Notes under the pieces: generated by a model | Told to the model about the DNA's origin: nothing | Database searches by the model: none | What the model saw: only the letters and a program-made list of their open reading frames with translations | Translations under genes and position numbers: made by a program | Shown: in pieces, positions 58,901 to 64,000 of the stretch | Layout: every line of letters starts with the position of its first letter | Position numbering within the stretch: the stretch's first letter is position 1 | DNA from: the human T2T-CHM13v2.0 reference genome, Homo sapiens | Strand: one strand, 5' to 3' | Assembly: GCF_009914755.1 (NCBI RefSeq) | Contig: NC_060925.1 | DNA length: 64,000 bases

Positions 58901-61853
58901 GGTGAGACGGTAGAGAAAATTTAACAGTGAAAAGCGTTGAGTGATCCGTTCAAATATTGCAACAGAGATTTCTGAGACAACGTTCCCAAGGAGACCTTCA
59001 AGCAGAAGGTCAGCACATGTTGAAAGGAATGTCTGTGGCCAAGAGAAAGAACAGAAAATGGTCTACAGGCTTTCCCTGTATCAGAGAGGGCTCCTGCAAG
59101 ATCCTCGATGATGTTCCATTCATCTTTCTCTTCTGTAAACAAAAGTAGGTGTCTTCCTAATTCTGTTTCAAAAAGACATCCTTTCAGTTCCTCACTCTGG
59201 CCATGGACATTTCCATGTGAAAATACACATAGTGCATCTTGCGGCCACTAGATACAAAGCCATGTACAGAAATGAGGCCAGATGCAGATGGGGCGAATTG
59301 AAAAGACGAAAGAAGAAAAGAATGACAGGGTCGAGAAGGCAACATTGATTGAGTGAAAGAATGAGAAGCCTCAGTCAGTCAGGAGGTGATTCTCACTAAG
59401 GGTAAGTGGGGTGGTGATGGCACACCATTTTGAGTATACTGAATGCTGCTGTGTGGTTCACACTCCTTTGGTTAATTTTGTGTTATGTAAATTTCACATC
59501 AACAATTACTTGTTTGAAAAAGAGAAAACAAGGCTCTGAGAAACAACTGCAACCCATACATTTTTATTATCCTTCTTCTCTGTTTGATAAATATTTGTGT
59601 GTAGCAAACCTGCCATGGCAATTCCTGCCCTTCTCCTGACCCAGCTTAGCTCTTACGTCTCCCCACCGAGCTACTGTACTTCAGAGATTTACACACCTGC
59701 CCCCCTGCCTGCCCCCATGGGGTCCCCTCACCTAAGCTCCTCAGCTTGCTTGAGCTGCTCTGCAAGCATCTCCTCCTTGAACTGTCGCTCATTCCTCAGC
59801 ATAGATTTTATGAGGTCTTTGCACTCTTCATATTCTGAGAAAAGACAGACACGCCTGCATCAGTGCAAGGCTGGACATGCTGCTGTGGTCATTCCCTACA
59901 GGACAGGAGCCAGGTCCATCCCAAGGACAAAACTCTCCCCAGTACCAGGGTCTAGACAGGGATTTCCACATCTTTACTCTTCAGTCTCCTGACTTTCTGG
60001 CATCTGATCCTCCAAAATTTAGAGATGAAGAAAGAGAACCTCAAGGGCACATCAAGGAAGTTGACAAGATGATTCAACCACAACGAAGTGGAGTCAGAAT
60101 TCTCAGCCCCTGAGGTCTGACTCTGAATTCGGGGCCACTTTCCCAAGACTTGCAGCCTCTCCTCTAAAACACTGCACTGGGGCATGAAGTAGTGATTTCT
60201 TGTACAGTCGGGAAGGCCCCTAGGACTATGGGACTGATGGTTTCCCTTTTACTGGGAATTTCAAGGACAAGTATGTGAAAGATTTTAAAAATCTTTGATT
60301 TTTAAATCATATTTTCAGTTATGATTTTAAGAATCATATCTGAAGCATAAAGTGTGAGACATAAGACCATAAGGCCATGAAGGAAATATGCCCAAATTCT
60401 TTATTAGTATGAGAGGCAGCATTAAGATTTAGATTCGTTGTGTTAATTTAGAAACAGCATAAGATTAGTTTGTGTTAATTTAGAAACATCAGAATGAAGA
60501 ACTAATAGATAGTGTTTACACTGTGCCAATTAATGTTCAAGGAGATTGACAGGAAATACCTCATGTAATTCATTGCAGCAATTTACAGAGGTAGGTATTA
60601 TTGTAGTACCCTCTGAACAGATGAGGAAACTGAGGGACAGACAAGACAAGCAACTTGGATGGAGCCCAGGAGACAGGCTGAGGGTCCCTGCTTTGCACAC
60701 TGCACTGCTGCTTCCACACATTCTCGGGTGTGATCTTTCTTCCTCTTTAGGAACAAGAGCCTGTGCACCAGGAAGCAGGACTTCACTCTCACCAAGGTAC
60801 TCTGCTTTTTATTTTTATTTTTGTTTTATTTATCTTTTTGTTTGTTTGTTTTTTGATGAGTCTTGCCCTGTCACCCATGCTGGAGTGCAATAGTGCAATC
60901 TTGGCTCACTGCAACATCTGCCTGCTGGGTTCAAAGGATTCTTCTGCCTCAGCCTCCCGATTAGTGGTGATTACAGTTGCCCGCCATGACGCCCATCTAC
61001 TTTTTGTATTTTTAGTGGAGATGGGGTTTCTCCATGTTGCCCAGGCTAGTCTCAAACTCCTGACCTCGTGCTCTGCCCGCCTCAGCCTCCCAAAGTGCTG
61101 AGATTACAGGAGTGAGCCACATTGCACGGCCCCTACTCCCTGCTCTTGATGCTGTCACTTATAGATAGCACAGGTTCTATTAGGAGCAGACTCCTCTTGA
61201 AGCCCCTCAGAGCAGGTACTGGGTACTATCACCAAGTTCCCCTCAGAGTCACTAGAACACAGCTTTGCCTGTTGGGCCTCAACAGAAACTTGAACTGAAT
61301 AAAATTTCACTAGTCCTAGACATTTAGAACAACAGACTACATGTTATTTGTCTGCAGGATCTTATAAGGTACAGAGAGGATTCTTGAAAACATGATTGAG
61401 CCTCTTGGAGAAAATAGGTCATTCTGTGCCTGTGTCAGAAATCAATAAATGGCAGTTTACCTCTAGTCCCACCCCCACCTGATTGCAAACATGGAAAGTT
61501 GCTAAATACTTTGGTACCTCTGTCTTCCAACTTTAACAAAATGTTAAAATACCCATTTCTGTTTTCCTAGAAGTACAGGAAGGATGAAATTCTTTTTGAT
61601 GGAGAGAGCATTTAGTGTCTCAGAGAGAAGACAGGACATCATTCATCACTTTCATGATGGTGAGCCTATAGATCTTACTGTATTTCTTCTGTCGGTTGGC
61701 CAGGAAGCCGGCCAGTTGAGTTACAAAACATTTCTCTTTGAGGTTTCTGAACTGCTGTTTGTTCTCTGCCAGCTGGGGGCGCAATTTCTCGTTGATTTCT
61801 AGAATGTTCATCTCTGCCTTCTCGCTGGACCAAGGGCCGGCTGATACCACCAT
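44729..61853 (-). CDS. NBPF: NBPF-family gene, spliced CDS (15 coding exons, 2019 nt, ~672 aa): coiled-coil N-terminus plus 6 Olduvai/DUF1220 domains (CON1, CON2, HLS1, HLS2, HLS3, CON3); paralog not assignable
   Basis: Translates [34 protein letters not shown]... through repeated [16 protein letters not shown] motifs to ...[13 protein letters not shown]. Exon sizes 175/103/215/73/206/52/164/52/173/52/173/52/173/112/244 with compatible phases and no stop found. Confidence 0.95.
45585..45696 (-). CDS. NBPF: Olduvai CON3 short exon (112 nt, polybasic, G-run rich)
   Basis: [38 protein letters not shown]; TAG acceptor, GT donor. Confidence 0.92.
46411..46583 (-). CDS. NBPF: Olduvai HLS3 long exon (173 nt)
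   Basis: [57 protein letters not shown]; AG/GT. Confidence 0.93.
47252..47303 (-). CDS. NBPF: Olduvai HLS3 short exon (52 nt)
   Basis: [18 protein letters not shown]; AG/GT. Confidence 0.92.
48013..48185 (-). CDS. NBPF: Olduvai HLS2 long exon (173 nt)
   Basis: [57 protein letters not shown]; AG/GT. Confidence 0.93.
48802..48853 (-). CDS. NBPF: Olduvai HLS2 short exon (52 nt)
   Basis: [18 protein letters not shown]; AG/GT. Confidence 0.92.
49573..49745 (-). CDS. NBPF: Olduvai HLS1 long exon (173 nt)
   Basis: [57 protein letters not shown]; AG/GT. Confidence 0.93.
50386..50437 (-). CDS. NBPF: Olduvai HLS1 short exon (52 nt), non-canonical GC donor
   Basis: [18 protein letters not shown]; acceptor CAG, donor AG|GCGAGT. 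Confidence 0.85.
51480..51643 (-). CDS. NBPF: Olduvai CON2 long exon (164 nt)
   Basis: [54 protein letters not shown]; AG/GT. Confidence 0.93.
52212..55315 (+). mobile_element. L1PA fragment (end of 5'UTR, ORF1, endonuclease) in the NBPF CON2 intron, antisense to the gene
   Basis: ORF1-like [18 protein letters not shown]..., EN-like KSQDPSVCC...; truncated at both ends. Confidence 0.9.
53209..53930 (-). mobile_element. 5'-truncated L1PA 3' end nested in the intronic L1
   Basis: ORF2 C-terminus and 3'UTR; 12-bp TSD TTCAACATTCTT at 53197-53208 and 53931-53942; target TTCTT/AA. Confidence 0.92.
55551..55602 (-). CDS. NBPF: Olduvai CON2 short exon (52 nt)
   Basis: [18 protein letters not shown]; AG/GT. 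Confidence 0.92.
56033..56296 (+). mobile_element. 5'-truncated AluS in NBPF intron
   Basis: Alu sequence with poly(A). Confidence 0.85.
56886..57091 (-). CDS. NBPF: Olduvai CON1 long exon (206 nt)
   Basis: [68 protein letters not shown]; AG/GT. Confidence 0.93.
57556..57628 (-). CDS. NBPF: Olduvai CON1 short exon (73 nt)
   Basis: [25 protein letters not shown]; AG/GT. Confidence 0.92.
58682..58896 (-). CDS. NBPF: NBPF coding exon 3 (215 nt, coiled coil)
   Basis: [71 protein letters not shown]; AG/GT. Confidence 0.93.
59732..59834 (-). CDS. NBPF: NBPF coding exon 2 (103 nt, coiled coil)
   Basis: [35 protein letters not shown]; AG/GT boundaries. Confidence 0.93.
60806..61131 (-). mobile_element. 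AluS in NBPF intron
   Basis: Alu dimer with TTTA/TTTG-degenerate tail. Confidence 0.85.
61679..61853 (-). CDS. NBPF: NBPF first coding exon (full exon 61679-61888; ATG at 61853)
   Basis: [58 protein letters not shown]; acceptor TTCTCCCCAG, donor GTAAG. Confidence 0.93.
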
Positions 61854-61990
61854 GCTGATGTTTGTGGCAGAAGAGGTGGAGTCAGGGACTGGGGAGAAGA
61901 AACCCAAACATATGATGGGTTAAAAACTGGTGAAATCAAATCGGTTTAATCAGGACTGAGGGATGTCAGTAACTGAAATTCTTAACTTAT

Positions 61991-62145
61991 TGTTGTGAAA
62001 AATGTGATCACTCCCCACAGCACTTTAGGATCCTTCACCACAAAAACAAGGTTCGAGGTGCCTCAACTCAGAGCTGAAAGCACTGCCAGTAGCTCAGACT
62101 CTGATAAGAGTGAGGTAGATTGTGGCCAGCGTGCCAGGTAACCGT
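61991..62145 (-). other. Probable NBPF 5'UTR exon (donor reads ATAAGT)
   Basis: Acceptor ACTGCAG; ends ...CACATTTTTCACAACA, which I recall joined to TCCCTGACTCCACC in NBPF mRNAs. Confidence 0.55.
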
Positions 62146-64000
62146 CTGCAGTTGCAATAACAGAATTAGAAGGTGGGGGTGTCATGGAATCTTAGGAGCC
62201 CTGCATTCCAATTGCCCAGGCTTTGCTGAAACACAGGCACCCTAGTCTCACCTGAGGGTCACCACCAATGGGGATCATTCCTTCAGCATTCACTCTCAGT
62301 ATTCGTGTACCCTTGTGACAATGCCACAGACCCGTGTCTTTCCCACTACATCTAAGCATATTCCTCACTGTTTATCTCTTGTCTGTACAACATCATCAAG
62401 GCAGAAACAGTTTCCCAACAGGTTATATTTTCTTAATGGTAGTCATGAAGTCACCCCACCTGCTCTCAGTTAAAACAGAGCTTAAGGCTTTTCCACAGGT
62501 GTAAGATATCAAACTTTTAGCCTGCCCTGATATCCTCTGGGTCTTCTGCAGTTTTTTCTGTATCCACTAGAAAGTGAATGAATAATTCATTTTTTTAAAA
62601 TGTTTTCTTTCCTGTCTCAGTATTCTTGCTGCTGCATCCCATTGTTAGATTGATTTCTTCTTTCTTACTGGGGCACCTTCTTGGGTTTTCATTACATTCT
62701 AGACCAGTTTGACATCCCTACATCCAAAGCTCTTCCTCTATGTGGGTTGATTTGTTTTTTAATGTCACTGAGCACTACATTTTATACTTGTCACTTATAG
62801 ATGTCATTCTAGTGCCACAAGACCTCTTTTCAAGGTATCAAGTGATCAAAGTCATTTATATAGAGGTCTCCTGAAAAAATGTGTGACCATCTATCTTGGG
62901 AAGTTTTGTAAACCTGATGCTATTTTGCTGTTTCTATTTTGTTTTCCCATATACTGAAAAGAACAGGGCCACGGGCAGTTCTTATGGAATATGGTTCGAT
63001 ATATATTTTGTTGAGATGACCTAACACCATTGATTTTGGGTTGCATTCCACTAACAGAACATGGCAAGATCAAGGTTATGGTCAGGGTTGGTTGGTGATC
63101 CTCAGTGTTGCTGTGCAGTAGAAGGTGAGTTTGAGGTGAGAGGAACAAGTAGGAAAGAGTGATCCCCTGAGCCACCTCTTTGCTTTCTCAGCTTTCATCC
63201 CCACCTAGGTTTTGTGAGCCTGGAACTTGAGAGACTGTTCTGTAGCCCAGGTCTCCTAAGATTGCCTGCTGGGCTTGCCTGAGTTGAGGGTGCAGTGGGT
63301 TGATGCTTTGAGATGTATCAAAAGCTTTAAGTCAATGTATTTTCTAGGGTCTGGAAGACCTGACATTCTGTGTCAGAATGAAAATCTGTCAAGTTTCTAA
63401 ATGAAAAAACTGCAGGTTCACAAAGTGACATGGGTTACTTGAGGTCACAAAGGGATGAGTTTTCAGCACTGCCAATAAAAGCAATCACAATAATTATTCA
63501 GTAATTATTCATAGGATCCATAGAATCCAGTAAATATTCACATATTTAGTAATTATTCATCGACCAATTCATACAAGGCATTTTGCTCAAAACTGTGTTT
63601 ATATTTGGACATTGTATCTTCATCATAATCCTTAAGGTAATGCTATTATCCGTAAGTAACAATTAAGAAACCTGAAGATGAGGGATAGCTAATCATGTAT
63701 TTGGCCATATTTCCATTTTTTGGTTTTTGTGATGCTGGAAGAATGACCAGAATGAGTCACGTGAAGAGTATTCATTCCTGTATTATTTTCCAGGACAGAG
63801 GTGTGCCCTTCTAGAGTACTGGGACCAAAATTCAGAAGTGTCTGAAACCTTGCTTTAACAGTATGGGAAATAACCTCTATCACCTGGAATTTCCCTGGAA
63901 CTTTGGAATATACAAGAGAAGTATGAGACGTGGGTCTTCCCTTGGCTGTGTTTAATTCACTCTTCTATGGAATACCAATGATTCTCACTAAGACTTTTGC

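Noticed and set aside
44729-61853. Assigning a specific paralog name (e.g. NBPF15 or NBPF1) or species
   Set aside because: Paralogs are too similar and several residues differ from those I recall; an alignment is required.

Overview
Primate (human or great-ape) segmental-duplication DNA typical of the chr1 NBPF clusters. The right third holds an NBPF-family gene on the minus strand. I traced 15 coding exons by hand (61853 to 44729, 2019 nt, about 672 aa): a coiled-coil N-terminus followed by six Olduvai/DUF1220 domains in the order CON1-CON2-HLS1-HLS2-HLS3-CON3. The reading frame is open, but the HLS1 short exon has a GC donor and a probable 5'UTR exon has an AT donor. The exact paralog cannot be assigned from sequence alone. 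Downstream lie a degenerate tRNA-Gln(CTG) (34014-34085) and a 12.6-kb nested L1 complex (20140-32770: a full-length L1PA inside a full-length older L1PA, plus an AluY). The first 20 kb is repeat-rich non-coding DNA with an RPL23A processed pseudogene. I found no convincing novel biological system. The best leads are locus-level oddities: the two splice-donor changes, a frame-shifted duplication that builds the polybasic/G4 exon, an intron-derived C-terminus, a probable L1 3' transduction carrying a sense poly(A) signal in an NBPF intron, and an L1 with mismatched flanks that may mark a rearrangement junction. Repeat subfamily names are from recall, not from a search.
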